A stretch of DNA of 64,000 bases from Vulcanimicrobiota bacterium (GTDB lineage: Bacteria; Vulcanimicrobiota; Xenobia; Xenobiales; JADMJV01), in NCBI GenBank assembly GCA_050250895.1, contig JBFWNU010000001.1, forward strand, positions 192,001 to 256,000. The letters are read 5' to 3'. The translations under genes were made by a program, and so were the position numbers. Positions 28,331 through 38,323 of the stretch are shown here, one piece after another (within the stretch, counting starts at the first letter, position 1; each line of letters starts with the position of its first letter). The notes beneath the pieces were generated by a model, which was not told the origin of the DNA, ran no database searches, and worked only from the letters and a program-made list of their open reading frames with translations.

Positions 28331-29278
28331 ATGAAGATCGCCTTCTTCATAGCCGCCCTGTTCTGCCTGAGCCCGTGGGCCTCGCCGCCCATCGCCCTCA
28401 CGCTGGGTATCGTGCTGGGCTTGTCGCTGGGCAATCCTTATCCCAAGAAGACCGGCCCCTTCTCGAAGACCTTGCTGCAGATCGCCGTCGTATGTCTCGG
28501 CTTTGGCATGGATCTGGGGGTGGTCTTGCGGGCGGGACGCGACGGCTTGCTCTTTGCGGCCGTCTCGATCCTGGTCACGCTGGGGCTGGGCTGGTGGCTG
28601 GGCAAGGTGCTCAGTATTCATCCCCGCACCAGCGCCCTGGTCAGCTCTGGCACGGCTATCTGCGGCGGCAGCGCCATCGCGGCCGTGGGCGGCGTCATCG
28701 CCGCCACCGAAATCGAGATGTCGGTGGCCATGGGCACGGTCTTCATGCTCAACGCCACCGCGCTTTTCATTTTTCCCCCGCTGGGTCACTGGCTCGATCT
28801 CACCCAGTTGCAGTTCGGCACCTGGGCCGGGGTGGCCATTCACGATGTGTCGAGCGTGGTGGGGGCGGCGGCGAGCTACGGTCCCGACGCCCTCAACACG
28901 GCCACCGCCGTCAAGCTGTCGCGAACCTTATGGATCATCCCGGTGGCGCTGGCCTTTGGGGCCCTGCTCGGGCAGGGCGAGCCGGATGGTGAAGAAGGCG
29001 AGAAGGCCCCCAAGGCCAAGCTGCGGGTGCCCTGGTTCATCTTCGGCTTTCTGTTCGCCTCGCTGTTGCGCAGCACCGTCCCGATGGTGGCTGCGATAGC
29101 CCCTTACATCGCCCACCTGGCCCATCCCGGCTTGCAGCTGGTCCTGTTCTTGATCGGAGCCGGCATCAACCGCACCACTCTGAGCAAGGTCCAGCCTGCG
29201 GCCCTGGTCCAGGGCGTAATCTTGTGGGTGGTCATCAGCGTCGGCTCGCTGGCGGCCGTCACCCTGCTAGGCGCCTAA
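28331..29278 (+). CDS. yeiH: YeiH family putative sulfate exporter
   Basis: GTAICGGSAIAA, IHDVSSV and VKLSR motifs; TTGATT-17-TATGGT promoter, leaderless. Confidence 0.92.
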   Translation: MKIAFFIAALFCLSPWASPPIALTLGIVLGLSLGNPYPKKTGPFSKTLLQIAVVCLGFGMDLGVVLRAGRDGLLFAAVSILVTLGLGWWLGKVLSIHPRTSALVSSGTAICGGSAIAAVGGVIAATEIEMSVAMGTVFMLNATALFIFPPLGHWLDLTQLQFGTWAGVAIHDVSSVVGAAASYGPDALNTATAVKLSRTLWIIPVALAFGALLGQGEPDGEEGEKAPKAKLRVPWFIFGFLFASLLRSTVPMVAAIAPYIAHLAHPGLQLVLFLIGAGINRTTLSKVQPAALVQGVILWVVISVGSLAAVTLLGA

Positions 29279-29348
29279 CCCGGGGCTACCCCCTCTGCAT
29301 CCAGTCGGATCTGGTCTGGGCATCAGCTCGGTCTTTACCCTGAGAACT

Positions 29349-29867
29349 ATGGATATGCAGACCTTTTACCGAATTCTCGGCACCACCGCCGCAGTCTATT
29401 TCGGCGTCGTGGCCATGACCCGTCTCAACGGCCTGCGCACCTTTTCCAAGATGTCGTCGTTTGACCTGGCAGCCACGGTGGCGGTGGGTTCCATCATGGC
29501 GACCACCATCGTCAACGCCAAAGTGAAGTGCGCCGAAGGCATCTTGGCCATCGTGCTGCTGGTGGCTGCCCAGCGATTGCTCGCTACCCTGCGCGAGCAC
29601 GGCTGGATGGCCTGGGCGGTGGATAATCGTCCGGTCCTGTTGATGTGGAACGGCGAATTTCGGCACGAGGCGATGCGCCGTTCCCGGGTCACCGAAATCG
29701 ACATCTACGCTAAGCTGCGCGAAGCCAACATTCTGCGCCTGGACCAGGTGCGGGCGGTGGTGCTCGAGACGACGGGCGACGTCTCGGTGCTGCACGGTGA
29801 GGACGAGCCGGCCGCGACGGTCTTGAAAGACGTCAACGGAGCACCCGGCAACGATCCTCGTTCATAG
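29349..29867 (+). CDS. DUF421/YetF family membrane protein
   Basis: GLRTFSKMSSFD and AVVLETTGDVSV motifs. Confidence 0.9.
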   Translation: MDMQTFYRILGTTAAVYFGVVAMTRLNGLRTFSKMSSFDLAATVAVGSIMATTIVNAKVKCAEGILAIVLLVAAQRLLATLREHGWMAWAVDNRPVLLMWNGEFRHEAMRRSRVTEIDIYAKLREANILRLDQVRAVVLETTGDVSVLHGEDEPAATVLKDVNGAPGNDPRS

Positions 29868-29870
29868 AAC

Positions 29871-29900
29871 GGCAACATCTCTCTAACATCCTGGCAACAC
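29871..29900 (+). promoter_or_regulatory. Triple 11-bp-phased repeat GGCAACA / TCTAACA / GGCAACA
   Basis: Half-sites at 29871, 29882 and 29893; the last ends 44 nt before the -10 TATTCT. Confidence 0.55.
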
Positions 29901-29953
29901 TTCACGAGGCGCCCCCAAAGTCGGGTCCAGAAAGGTCCGCCTATTCTCTGAGT

Positions 29954-30595
29954 ATGGGAAACTACGTCGCCAAAGCTCCTCCGAAAGCGCCTCCGAAGGC
30001 CAGGCCGCCGCAAGCACGTCCACCCGCCAAAGTGGCAGCTCCACCGGCCACCCGTGGAGCCAAGGACGGCAGCAAGCTCAACCCGCCGGCCCAGCGCAAT
30101 GAAACCCCCTCCCCCGGCGCGGCCGGGTTGGCCGCCACCATGACCAGCAACTTCGCGGCGCCCAACCCGACCAGCAATAGTCCCGGCCAAGCCAGCGTGG
30201 ATCTGGCTCGCCAGTTCGAAGGGATGAACTCGGCCGACGTCAAAGGCAAACTGCCCAACTTCGAGGCTGCCGGCGGCAACACCAACAATTGCGCCGACTT
30301 CGTCAGCTCGGTGCTGCAAGCCACCGGGCGGCTCGATGGCCACGAAATCAACGTCGACGACTTTCGCGAGCGGCTGCAAGAGGAAGGTTGGCGACAAATT
30401 CCCCGGGATGAGGCCCAACCCGGCGATGTCTGGATCACCAAGCCCGACCAGGGCCGACACACCGAACTGGTAACCGAAGCGGGCGGGGGCCGCACCATCG
30501 GCTCCAACAACGTCCGCCCGGGCTTTCAGCAGATCACGGAAAGGGAGAAAGAGGCCGACACCGGCTATTACTACACCGATCGCCCAGCCAATTAA
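29954..30595 (+). CDS. NlpC/P60-like cysteine peptidoglycan hydrolase with Pro-rich leader
   Basis: NCADFVS, QPGDV and HTELV motifs; no Sec signal; leaderless start. Confidence 0.8.
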   Translation: MGNYVAKAPPKAPPKARPPQARPPAKVAAPPATRGAKDGSKLNPPAQRNETPSPGAAGLAATMTSNFAAPNPTSNSPGQASVDLARQFEGMNSADVKGKLPNFEAAGGNTNNCADFVSSVLQATGRLDGHEINVDDFRERLQEEGWRQIPRDEAQPGDVWITKPDQGRHTELVTEAGGGRTIGSNNVRPGFQQITEREKEADTGYYYTDRPAN

Positions 30596-31539
30596 GGGGC
30601 CCTAAGGCCACCGAGCACCTTTTGGGTGCGGGCCCGGATTGCCGGGCCGCGTAAGTGATAGATGGTGTCATAGAAGTCAGCGGCCGGAAAAATCATCTCC
30701 TGAGCGCTGTTGATGACGGGGATGGCGCTCGCACGCAGAGCCGACTCGATGCCAGCGAGCTGCTCTCGATGACGCTGGTAGAGGAACTGTGGGGTGGGTG
30801 GCAGGCTCACCACCATCCGGGCGCCCCGGGCCTGATACCGATGCTCGAAGTCTTTTAGTGTCTTTACGGCCTGCTCGAGCCGATGGGTGTCATAGCCCTC
30901 TTTGAAGAGATCTCCCGAGCGAATGCGAGCCAGATGCTCGCGGGCATCGGGTGGCGTCCACTCCCGGTGCCCCACCACGTCTCCCCGCTCATCAAGAGCC
31001 GACCGAACCATCACCGGTAAAGCCTGAGCCCTGAGTTTGCGCTGGTCAGGACTGCGTCCGAAGCCACGGAGCACCGAGCCGAGATAGGGCAGACCGCCGT
31101 CGAGCAGTCCCGGCCACTGGCGCGGTGGTACGTAGGCCAGATTGTGAGGGCGCAATTCGAGAATCCAGACCAGTGTTTCGGGCTTGAGGTCCGAGGCCAA
31201 CAGCTCATACTCAGGGCAGACGACGACGAGGTCCCCGGGCTTGAGGCTCGACTCGACCTCGGCCAGCATATAATCGAGGCCGAACGGCGCGTGAATCCCC
31301 ATGTTGACCACGGGCCGTCCCAGGCCGGACTCGAGCAGCTGCGAATCAAAGCCGTAGGCCACGTTGGAGCCTCCTACCAGAACCACCTTGGGGCTGGGCA
31401 GGCTCTCGAGTCGGGCGGTCTTGTCGATGACCGAAGCGAAATAAGCGAACTCGTTGGGTGTGTATTGATAGGCGACCCAGCCGGCCAGGGGCAACTGGAG
31501 CAGCAAGAAGAGCGTCACCTCTTTGACGAATCTGGCCAT
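30592..31539 (-). CDS. SGNH-like membrane-anchored partner of the MBOAT acyltransferase
   Basis: GGSN block I and FYDTIYHL (DxxH); N-terminal TM helix. Confidence 0.8.
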   Translation of the reverse strand: MARFVKEVTLFLLLQLPLAGWVAYQYTPNEFAYFASVIDKTARLESLPSPKVVLVGGSNVAYGFDSQLLESGLGRPVVNMGIHAPFGLDYMLAEVESSLKPGDLVVVCPEYELLASDLKPETLVWILELRPHNLAYVPPRQWPGLLDGGLPYLGSVLRGFGRSPDQRKLRAQALPVMVRSALDERGDVVGHREWTPPDAREHLARIRSGDLFKEGYDTHRLEQAVKTLKDFEHRYQARGARMVVSLPPTPQFLYQRHREQLAGIESALRASAIPVINSAQEMIFPAADFYDTIYHLRGPAIRARTQKVLGGLRAP

Positions 31540-31546
31540 CTGTGGA

Positions 31547-32998
31547 TTAGAACTGAAAATAGATAAAGGGTCCTGTCTGACGAGTTACCGACAAAGTGAG
31601 CCAGAGTAACATCGAGTAGAAAAACCAGCGAGCCGCCCGCGGCCAGGTGGGAAATCCCAACGGATTCTCGCGTTCGCGGTGGGCCCACTCCAGCCCCACC
31701 ATGGCCAGCGTCAGGGCGATGGGCAAGAGCATCTCGCTGCCCGAGCTGGCAATGACCAGGGCGGTGGCCTTCCAGCGGGCCAGGTCGAACAGTTGGAGCA
31801 GAATGGTGGTCACGATGTTAACGGCCTGGCCCAGGGTTCGAGCCCGGAAGAAGACCCAGGTCAAGCAGATCAAAGCAAAAGTCGTGAGCATCCGCCGGGC
31901 CGCCGCCGGGGTGGGCAGCCAACCCTCACCACCGGGCGGGCCGTGACGGTCGCGCCGAGTTGCGCTGCCGGGGAGGATCCCAAGCCCGTTGAGGCCACCC
32001 CAGACGACGAAATTCCACGAGGCTCCGTGCCAGAGACCGCTGACCAAAAACGTGATCAGGATGTTGGCCAGCTTGCGACCCGAGCTGACTCGGCTGCCGC
32101 CCAGCGGAATGAAGACATAGTCACGAAACCAGGTCGACAGCGAGATGTGCCAGCGGCGCCAGAATTCGTCGAGGCTCTGGCTGAAGTAGGGGTAGGCGAA
32201 GTTGCGCATCAGCCGAAATCCGAGCAACCGAGCGGTGCCGATGGCGATGTCGGAATAGCCCGAAAAATCACCATAAATCTGGAACGCAAAGCATACGGTG
32301 GCGAAAATCAGGGTGGGCCCGCTGACCCGTTCGGGGCTGGCATAGACCAGATCGACGATGGGAGCGAGCTGGTCGGCCACGGCCAGTTTCTTGAAGAAGC
32401 CCCACAGGATCTGGCGACACCCTTCGCGCGCTTCTTCGAGTTCAAAAGCTCGTGGCTGGGTGAACTGGGGGATCAGGTTGGTGGCCCGTTCGATGGGACC
32501 GGCCACCAACTGCGGAAAGAAGGCTACGAAAGCGAGAAAATCGACCAGATTGTCGGTGGGCTCGAGCTGGCCGCGATAGATATCGATGGTGTAGCTCATC
32601 GTCTGAAAGGTGTAGAAACTGATGCCCACCGGCAGCACCACATGGACCGTGAACGGATCGAGGGCAAGGCCAAGGGACGAAGCCAGGGCCACGGCGTTCT
32701 CGGCGAAGAAGTTGAAGTATTTGAAGAAGCCCAGCAAGCCCAGATTGCAGACCAGCGAGACCAACAACCATCCCCTTCTCGAACCGGCTTGCCGGGCCCG
32801 AAACAGATTGCGACCGGCTACGAAATCGACCAGTGACGAAAACAGCATCAATCCGCAGAAACGCCAGTCCCACCAGCCATAGAAGAAATAACTGGCCAGC
32901 ACCAAGAAGACGTTCTGGCGCCGCGGCTCTTTGAGCCCCCAATAGAGCGCGAACACCATGGGTAGAAACAGGACGTAGGTGAGGGTGGTGAAGGTCAC
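31547..32998 (-). CDS. MBOAT family O-acyltransferase (AlgI/PatA-like)
   Basis: LPVGISFYTFQ, FFPQLVAGPIER, FWRRWHISLSTWFRDY, GLWHGA and FIYFQF motifs. Confidence 0.95.
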   Translation of the reverse strand: MTFTTLTYVLFLPMVFALYWGLKEPRRQNVFLVLASYFFYGWWDWRFCGLMLFSSLVDFVAGRNLFRARQAGSRRGWLLVSLVCNLGLLGFFKYFNFFAENAVALASSLGLALDPFTVHVVLPVGISFYTFQTMSYTIDIYRGQLEPTDNLVDFLAFVAFFPQLVAGPIERATNLIPQFTQPRAFELEEAREGCRQILWGFFKKLAVADQLAPIVDLVYASPERVSGPTLIFATVCFAFQIYGDFSGYSDIAIGTARLLGFRLMRNFAYPYFSQSLDEFWRRWHISLSTWFRDYVFIPLGGSRVSSGRKLANILITFLVSGLWHGASWNFVVWGGLNGLGILPGSATRRDRHGPPGGEGWLPTPAAARRMLTTFALICLTWVFFRARTLGQAVNIVTTILLQLFDLARWKATALVIASSGSEMLLPIALTLAMVGLEWAHRERENPLGFPTWPRAARWFFYSMLLWLTLSVTRQTGPFIYFQF

Positions 32999-33063
32999 TG
33001 GTTGAGCGTTTTCGCAGCAGAAACTGGCGTTTCCTAGGCCCCTTTGTGTGCTACACTATCAGG

Positions 33064-33555
33064 GTGACGGAATCGGATTTTCTCGGACTGGTGGACACCA
33101 CTTTTCTACCCGAGCCCTACACCGAATCGACCGACGGCCCCGAGTCGGTGCTTAGACTCTTTCAGTTGCGCTCGGTCGGGGCCCGCTATGCGCTGGCCGT
33201 AACCCGCTGGACCAGCGGCGTGGCGGGCCAAGAACAACTGCAGACGCTGCGGCTTCGCCTGACCACGCACTTCAAAGCGGGCTGGCTCTCTCAAATCGGA
33301 GCGATCGCCTTCTTCCTCGGCCAGCCCTTCGATTGGGAAACCGCGACCGTCGAACTGCAACCCGACTGGCACGGCCTGCATCCCATCATTTTCCAGGGAG
33401 TCATCTTCGTCGATCTAGCCACCGTGCGCGCCCACGTGGCCCGTAGTCAGTGGGGGCCCATCAAGTTCGGCAACATCCAGGGCCAGTTCACCCGCGTCCA
33501 CGAGTTTCTCGAACTGCTCGAGGTCAACAGCAACGCTCAGGCCGGCTGGGCCTGA
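33064..33555 (+). CDS. Hypothetical protein
   Basis: Extended -10 TGcTACACT 6 nt before GTG 33064. Confidence 0.65.
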   Translation: MTESDFLGLVDTTFLPEPYTESTDGPESVLRLFQLRSVGARYALAVTRWTSGVAGQEQLQTLRLRLTTHFKAGWLSQIGAIAFFLGQPFDWETATVELQPDWHGLHPIIFQGVIFVDLATVRAHVARSQWGPIKFGNIQGQFTRVHEFLELLEVNSNAQAGWA

Positions 33556-33585
33556 ACCGCGAGGGGGTGGCGCCTCCTTCGTCGC

Positions 33586-35325
33586 CTAGCGAATGACGAA
33601 GGAATTGAGCATCTCGTCGACTTCGGCCAGCACGTCCCGGTCGCCCGGAGTGTCTGAGTCGAGGGCCACGATGTAGAGGCGGTTGTTGGCCGTGGCCACG
33701 ATGGTCATCAGGGCTCCCCCATTGGGCTTGGTGCAGTCGAGCACGGTGGCCGGAAAGCCCCCCAGCTTGTTCTGGTTCTCGGTGTCGACCGTCACGCTTC
33801 GTTTGGCCAGCTCGTCGCGCAGGGCTCTGACTGCCCCGGCCACATCGTTGTTGTTGGGAGCGACCGCCACCTCGAGAGTGCTCTGCGAGCCGCGGGTCAA
33901 CTTCAAGACGGTGTTCTGGTCGGGGGTGGCCTTGACCCAGTTGAAGGGGATGGTCAGGCCAAAGCCGTTTTGAGTGTCGAAATAGGTCTGACTACCGTTC
34001 GGGTTGGGGGCCGGCGGCGGCGCGACGGCCACTTTGTCGATCTTGAACTTCCAGCTGCGCGACTGCTGCACGCCGTTGACCCAGGCCGTTACGGTGGCGC
34101 TATGCTGGGTCATATCGAGATCCCATTGGGCGTCCCAGACAATCTCCTGGCCAGAGAACCGGGCCTGCTGGGTAAAGTCGCGTCCGTCGATGACCAGCTT
34201 GGCTTTGGAGGCGCGTTGGTCGAAGGTGGAACCGATACGGGGGCGGCGCTCGGTGGTGACGCTGCCGTCGGCAGGCGTCGGGGTGAAGTTCATCGCGGCC
34301 GTGGGAGCCGTCCCGGTACTGGTGGTCTGGGTGGCGTTGCCCCGCTCGGTCGTCAAGTTGACGGCCGGGCTGTTGGCGGAATCGGTGACGGTGATTTCCA
34401 TGGGCTGGCCACGCTTGACCGCGCCGGCATCGAGAAGAACCGAATAGGTTCCGTCCCTGGCGACCAGAGCCTGGCCCTGAAAACGCAATTTGTGTCCGGC
34501 CAATTGAGAAAGCACGTCCATCTTCGGGTGCTCGACGGTGACGCTCACGGTGGAACCGGGTATGCCCTTCCCCTGGACGTTGAAGTTGGGGCCCAGAATG
34601 GTGCCGTTGCGCATGTTCGTCACCGTCAGCGCGGGGCTCACCGGAGCCGGCGCCGTGGGATTGACCGGTGACGGGGAGACCGGCGTGCTTGCACCCCTCA
34701 CCGTGTCGAAGTTCCAGTTGTGGGAAAGATTCTGGCCGCTAGAGCCACGGGCGGCCACCTCGACTTTATGGTTGCCCAGACCCAGGTCAAAGCCCGGCGT
34801 CCAGGTCAACACCTGCCCGCTGACATTGGCCTGGCGGCTAAAGTTGACTCCGTCGACAAACAGGTCGACCGAGTTGGAACGAACCTGTTCGGGAAACTCG
34901 ACCCGAATCACCGGGCGAGCGAACCGAACGCTACCCATCGGCGAGACGACAAAGGCCGGGGCCGCAGCCACCGGGGTACCGTTGGCGGCCACGGTGATCA
35001 GTCGAGAGGCCTCCTCGGTAGCTTGCCGTCCCTGCACTACCAGAGTGACCAGCACCACCCCATTTTGGACATCAAGCCCTCGGGGGATGCTCCAGTGAGC
35101 CTCGTAGCGCCCAAACGACGTTTCTTGCATCGAGAACTTCTTGGTCTTGCCAAGAATCTCGAACTGAGCCTGGCCGCCGCCCGTGCCCGTCATGATCACA
35201 TGCAGGTCGTCGCCGGATCGCAGCACGGTGGTGGCATTGTGAAATACCTTGTCGATGCGTTGGGCGGCCGCGGGCGCGGCCAACAGCAAACACAACAGCA
35301 GCGTAGAAACGCTAAAAATCCGCAT
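33586..35325 (-). CDS. Exported protein with repeated Ig-like domains and a C-terminal PsbP-like domain
   Basis: Signal peptide; duplicated RP.I..LFVDGVNFS..DL..H..W.F unit; GFGLTIPFNW. Confidence 0.8.
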   Translation of the reverse strand: MRIFSVSTLLLCLLLAAPAAAQRIDKVFHNATTVLRSGDDLHVIMTGTGGGQAQFEILGKTKKFSMQETSFGRYEAHWSIPRGLDVQNGVVLVTLVVQGRQATEEASRLITVAANGTPVAAAPAFVVSPMGSVRFARPVIRVEFPEQVRSNSVDLFVDGVNFSRQANVSGQVLTWTPGFDLGLGNHKVEVAARGSSGQNLSHNWNFDTVRGASTPVSPSPVNPTAPAPVSPALTVTNMRNGTILGPNFNVQGKGIPGSTVSVTVEHPKMDVLSQLAGHKLRFQGQALVARDGTYSVLLDAGAVKRGQPMEITVTDSANSPAVNLTTERGNATQTTSTGTAPTAAMNFTPTPADGSVTTERRPRIGSTFDQRASKAKLVIDGRDFTQQARFSGQEIVWDAQWDLDMTQHSATVTAWVNGVQQSRSWKFKIDKVAVAPPPAPNPNGSQTYFDTQNGFGLTIPFNWVKATPDQNTVLKLTRGSQSTLEVAVAPNNNDVAGAVRALRDELAKRSVTVDTENQNKLGGFPATVLDCTKPNGGALMTIVATANNRLYIVALDSDTPGDRDVLAEVDEMLNSFVIR

Positions 35326-35453
35326 GAAAACACCCCTGGTCCCAATCCTCGATTAGAAGAGGGCGTTTTCGTCGCGAACCTGACGACCCCAACGTTGGAC
35401 CTTTCGTCGCCTTCTTGGGTCAACCTTCCGACCACACTGCAAGCGTTCGACCC

Positions 35454-35632
35454 GGAAAACACTGCCCGAGGTGCTCGAGCGGGTCAAGCCCAACGTGATT
35501 TGCGTGGACAACGTCATCTTGTTTCCGGCCATCAAACAGTATGGAAGCCGTGGGTGCGCATCATCTCGTGCAGCGAAAACGAGATTGCCGACCCCGACAT
35601 TCCGCCTAACTTGTCGGGCTGCGCTCAAGACG
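35454..35632 (+). pseudogene. Diverged internal fragment of the downstream glycosyltransferase gene
   Basis: Aligns with 36772-36951; 1-bp deletion at tatgg-aagccg; no start or stop context. Confidence 0.85.
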
Positions 35633-35649
35633 GCGCTGGCTGGGCCTGA

Positions 35650-36066
35650 TCACAGGAACGGATTCTCGACTCGGACACCGCCGAAGTCCTGATTGTGATT
35701 CAAATCTTCGGAAAGCAACACTCGACATCCCGACACCCTTGCCGCCTCGACGATAGCTGCGTCCCAGTAGGAGATTTGATATCGCTCTTTGGACGCTAGA
35801 GCGGCATCAACGAGATCGAGGGTCAAGTCCGCTACCGGGTATCGCTTGAATGTTTCCCCCAATTCGACGGCTTGCTGGTGCGATAAAGGGGCCGGATGAC
35901 CTGGACGGGTCGCTTGGACGTAGAATTCTTGCAACACCTGAACTGAGAGGGCCAGGTCTTTCGAGCGAAGGATTCTCCTCGCCGTGGCTGCTTTGGTCGA
36001 TTCGTTCGGAGTTCGGCTGATGGCGTAAAGGAGAATGTTGGTGTCGAGAAACCTAAGATCGCTCAT
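35650..36066 (-). CDS. vapC: PIN domain toxin
   Basis: FLDTNILLYA, QVLQEF, SYWDAAI and LSEDL motifs. Confidence 0.93.
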   Translation of the reverse strand: MSDLRFLDTNILLYAISRTPNESTKAATARRILRSKDLALSVQVLQEFYVQATRPGHPAPLSHQQAVELGETFKRYPVADLTLDLVDAALASKERYQISYWDAAIVEAARVSGCRVLLSEDLNHNQDFGGVRVENPFL

Positions 36067-36286
36067 AGAGCGAATCTCGGTTCAACCGGCAACCGGCCGA
36101 GAACGGCGGCAAGGTTTCCATCAACTCTTCCTGTCTCCGCAACTTGCGGTCGAAGTCCGATTCCTCTTGCGTTAACCCGGAGAGAAACTCGCGGACCAAA
36201 GCACTCACGGAGGTATTCTTTTCTGCCGCGAGTACACGTGCCCGGCGATAAACTTCCTCCGGCACAGAAACTGTGATATTCTTCAC
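36053..36286 (-). CDS. vapB: Ribbon-helix-helix antitoxin
   Basis: KNITVSV..ARVLAAEKNTSVSALVREFL; overlaps the toxin start. Confidence 0.88.
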   Translation of the reverse strand: MKNITVSVPEEVYRRARVLAAEKNTSVSALVREFLSGLTQEESDFDRKLRRQEELMETLPPFSAGCRLNRDSLYERS

Positions 36287-36321
36287 AGCATCACAGTAGC
36301 ATCCAGGGTCTGCCCTGTCAA
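36270..36321 (-). promoter_or_regulatory. TA promoter TTGACA-17-TACTGT with operator ACTGTGAT-N12-ATCACAGT
   Basis: Inverted repeat 36270-36297 overlaps the -10 and start codon; leaderless GTG. Confidence 0.8.
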
Positions 36322-36386
36322 CGAACGCCGTCAGGAGACCGACCGCGCTGCTAACGTCACACTCGGCCGGCCCGGGGCCTCGGGGG

Positions 36387-36401
36387 TTTCACACCGTGAA
36401 A
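36387..36401. promoter_or_regulatory. Palindrome TTTCAC-N3-GTGAAA, putative operator of the GT1 operon
   Basis: Perfect inverted repeat 45 nt upstream of the ATG. Confidence 0.45.
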
Positions 36402-36446
36402 TCTCGGCCAGGAGCGATTGTCAGAATTGCCGAATCGGGGCCTTCT

Positions 36447-37721
36447 ATGTCACAAAAGGTCATCGCTTTTTTTCCCGAAGCCGCCTACGGGCCGGCGCTC
36501 AACTCGGTGGGCATCGCCCAGGCGTGCGAACGCCAGGGCCACCGGGCCGTCTTTCTTACCGCCCCCGACATGGAGGGCACCTATAAAGCCTATGGCTTCG
36601 AAGAGCACCTGGTGCCGATGTCGGCCCCCATGCCCCCCGAAGAGGTGGCGGCCTACTGGCAGAACTTCATCGACGGTCACATTCCCAACTTCAACAAGAC
36701 CCCCTACGAGCAGATCGACAACTATGTCAAAGACTGCTGGGAGGCCATCGTCGAGACAGCCATCTGGGCCCAGAAGACGCTGCCCGACGTGCTCGAACGG
36801 GTCAAGCCCGACGTCATTTGCGTCGACAACGTCATCTTGTTTCCGGCCATCAAGCAATACGGCAAGCCGTGGGTGCGCATCATCTCGTGTAGCGAAAACG
36901 AGATTCCCGACCCCGACATTCCGCCCCATCTTTCGGGCTGTGGGCAAGACGACCACGACGGGTTCGAGGCCTACGAGCAGCGCTTCCAAGAGGTGATCGG
37001 CCCGATCCACCAACGCTTCAACGCCTTTTTGGATGAGCACGGCGAAGACCCGTACCCCTCGGGCGAGTTCTTCGAGGCCTCGCCCTATCTCAATCTGCTG
37101 CTTTATCCCGAGCCGGTCAAGTTCAAACGACGCGAGCCCCTCGACCCGGCCCGCTTTCAGTATCTCGAGGGCTGCGTGCGCAAGGAGGCCGACTATACCG
37201 TGCCCACCTTCAAGGATAAACAGAATCAGCCGCTGGTCTACGTCAGCTTCGGCTCGCTGGGGTGCGGTGATACGGCCACTCTCGATCGCCTCATCCAGGC
37301 CCTGGGTCAGCTGCCGGTGCGGGCTCTGGTCAATGTAGGCGCCGCCCTCGACAGCTATCAGAACGTGCCGGCCAATGTCCACCTCGATAAGTGGTTTCCC
37401 CAACCCTCGGTCATTCCTCAGGTCGACGCGGTGATCCACCATGGCGGCAACAACACCTTCACCGAGTGTCTCTACTTCGGCAAGCCGGCCATCATCATGC
37501 CCTACGTCTGGGACGGCCACGACAACGCCACCCGGGTGCAAGAAACAGGCCACGGCCTCAAGATGCACCGGGCCGACTGGACCCTCGAAGAGCTGGCCCA
37601 GAACCTGAACTTCATCCTCACCGACCCGGCCATGAAAGGCAAACTGGCCGAGACCTCGGCCCGCATGCAGGCCGCGCCCGGCCCGGAGAAGGCTGCCAAC
37701 CTGATTGCGGGGCTGCTGTGA
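36447..37721 (+). CDS. Family 1 (UDP-glycosyltransferase/MGT-like) glycosyltransferase
   Basis: VYVSFGSLG and WFPQ..IHHGGNNT..E..P..DGHDNA signature. Confidence 0.92.
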   Translation: MSQKVIAFFPEAAYGPALNSVGIAQACERQGHRAVFLTAPDMEGTYKAYGFEEHLVPMSAPMPPEEVAAYWQNFIDGHIPNFNKTPYEQIDNYVKDCWEAIVETAIWAQKTLPDVLERVKPDVICVDNVILFPAIKQYGKPWVRIISCSENEIPDPDIPPHLSGCGQDDHDGFEAYEQRFQEVIGPIHQRFNAFLDEHGEDPYPSGEFFEASPYLNLLLYPEPVKFKRREPLDPARFQYLEGCVRKEADYTVPTFKDKQNQPLVYVSFGSLGCGDTATLDRLIQALGQLPVRALVNVGAALDSYQNVPANVHLDKWFPQPSVIPQVDAVIHHGGNNTFTECLYFGKPAIIMPYVWDGHDNATRVQETGHGLKMHRADWTLEELAQNLNFILTDPAMKGKLAETSARMQAAPGPEKAANLIAGLL

Positions 37722-38323
37722 AGGCGGTGGCTGTGCGGGGTACCGACCTGCCCCACCAGTTGCACCCCGACGTGGCCGTGGCCCACCTGACGGTGGGCAG
37801 CCACGCCTGGCGCTTCGAGCGCGACCAGGTGACCCACATCACCGCCGGTCGGGCGCTCTGTGACGGCCTCTTGCTCGAACCCGACATGCTGGTGCACTTC
37901 AAGCAGGGCACGGCCGTCACGATCGAGGTGGACGAGCCACTCCACTACGTCTACATGCAGTGTGAAGGCGGGCCCGCCGCTCAGACGCCGGTGTTGCGCC
38001 AGGTCAACGGCAGCCTGCCCGAAAAGGACTGGGGTCCCATCCCCACCATGCTCGAGGGCGAGTCGCGCACCAGCGGCGTGCTGCTCTCGCGCGAGCCCGA
38101 CGGCCGGGCCGAGAGCGGCATCTGGATCTGCACCCCGGGAGTGTGGGCCTGTCACGTGACCCGTGACGAGCTGTGCCACTTCTTGCTGGGCCGCTGCACT
38201 TACACCTCGGATGAGGGCGAGGTGCTCGAGATCGTGCCCGACACCGTCGCCTTCTTTCCCCAGGATTGGCGCGGCACTTGCGCGGTCCACGAGACGGTGA
38301 GAAAGGTCTATTGCATCCGATGA
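37718..38323 (+). CDS. Cupin (DUF861/EutQ-like) protein, tandem domain
   Basis: SGIWICTPG, DELCHFLLG and ETVRKVY motifs; GTGA overlap. Confidence 0.85.
   Translation: MKAVAVRGTDLPHQLHPDVAVAHLTVGSHAWRFERDQVTHITAGRALCDGLLLEPDMLVHFKQGTAVTIEVDEPLHYVYMQCEGGPAAQTPVLRQVNGSLPEKDWGPIPTMLEGESRTSGVLLSREPDGRAESGIWICTPGVWACHVTRDELCHFLLGRCTYTSDEGEVLEIVPDTVAFFPQDWRGTCAVHETVRKVYCIR

Noticed and set aside
30592-32998. MBOAT plus SGNH pair as a novel system
   Set aside because: It matches the well-known AlgI/AlgJ or PatA/PatB-type envelope O-acylation module
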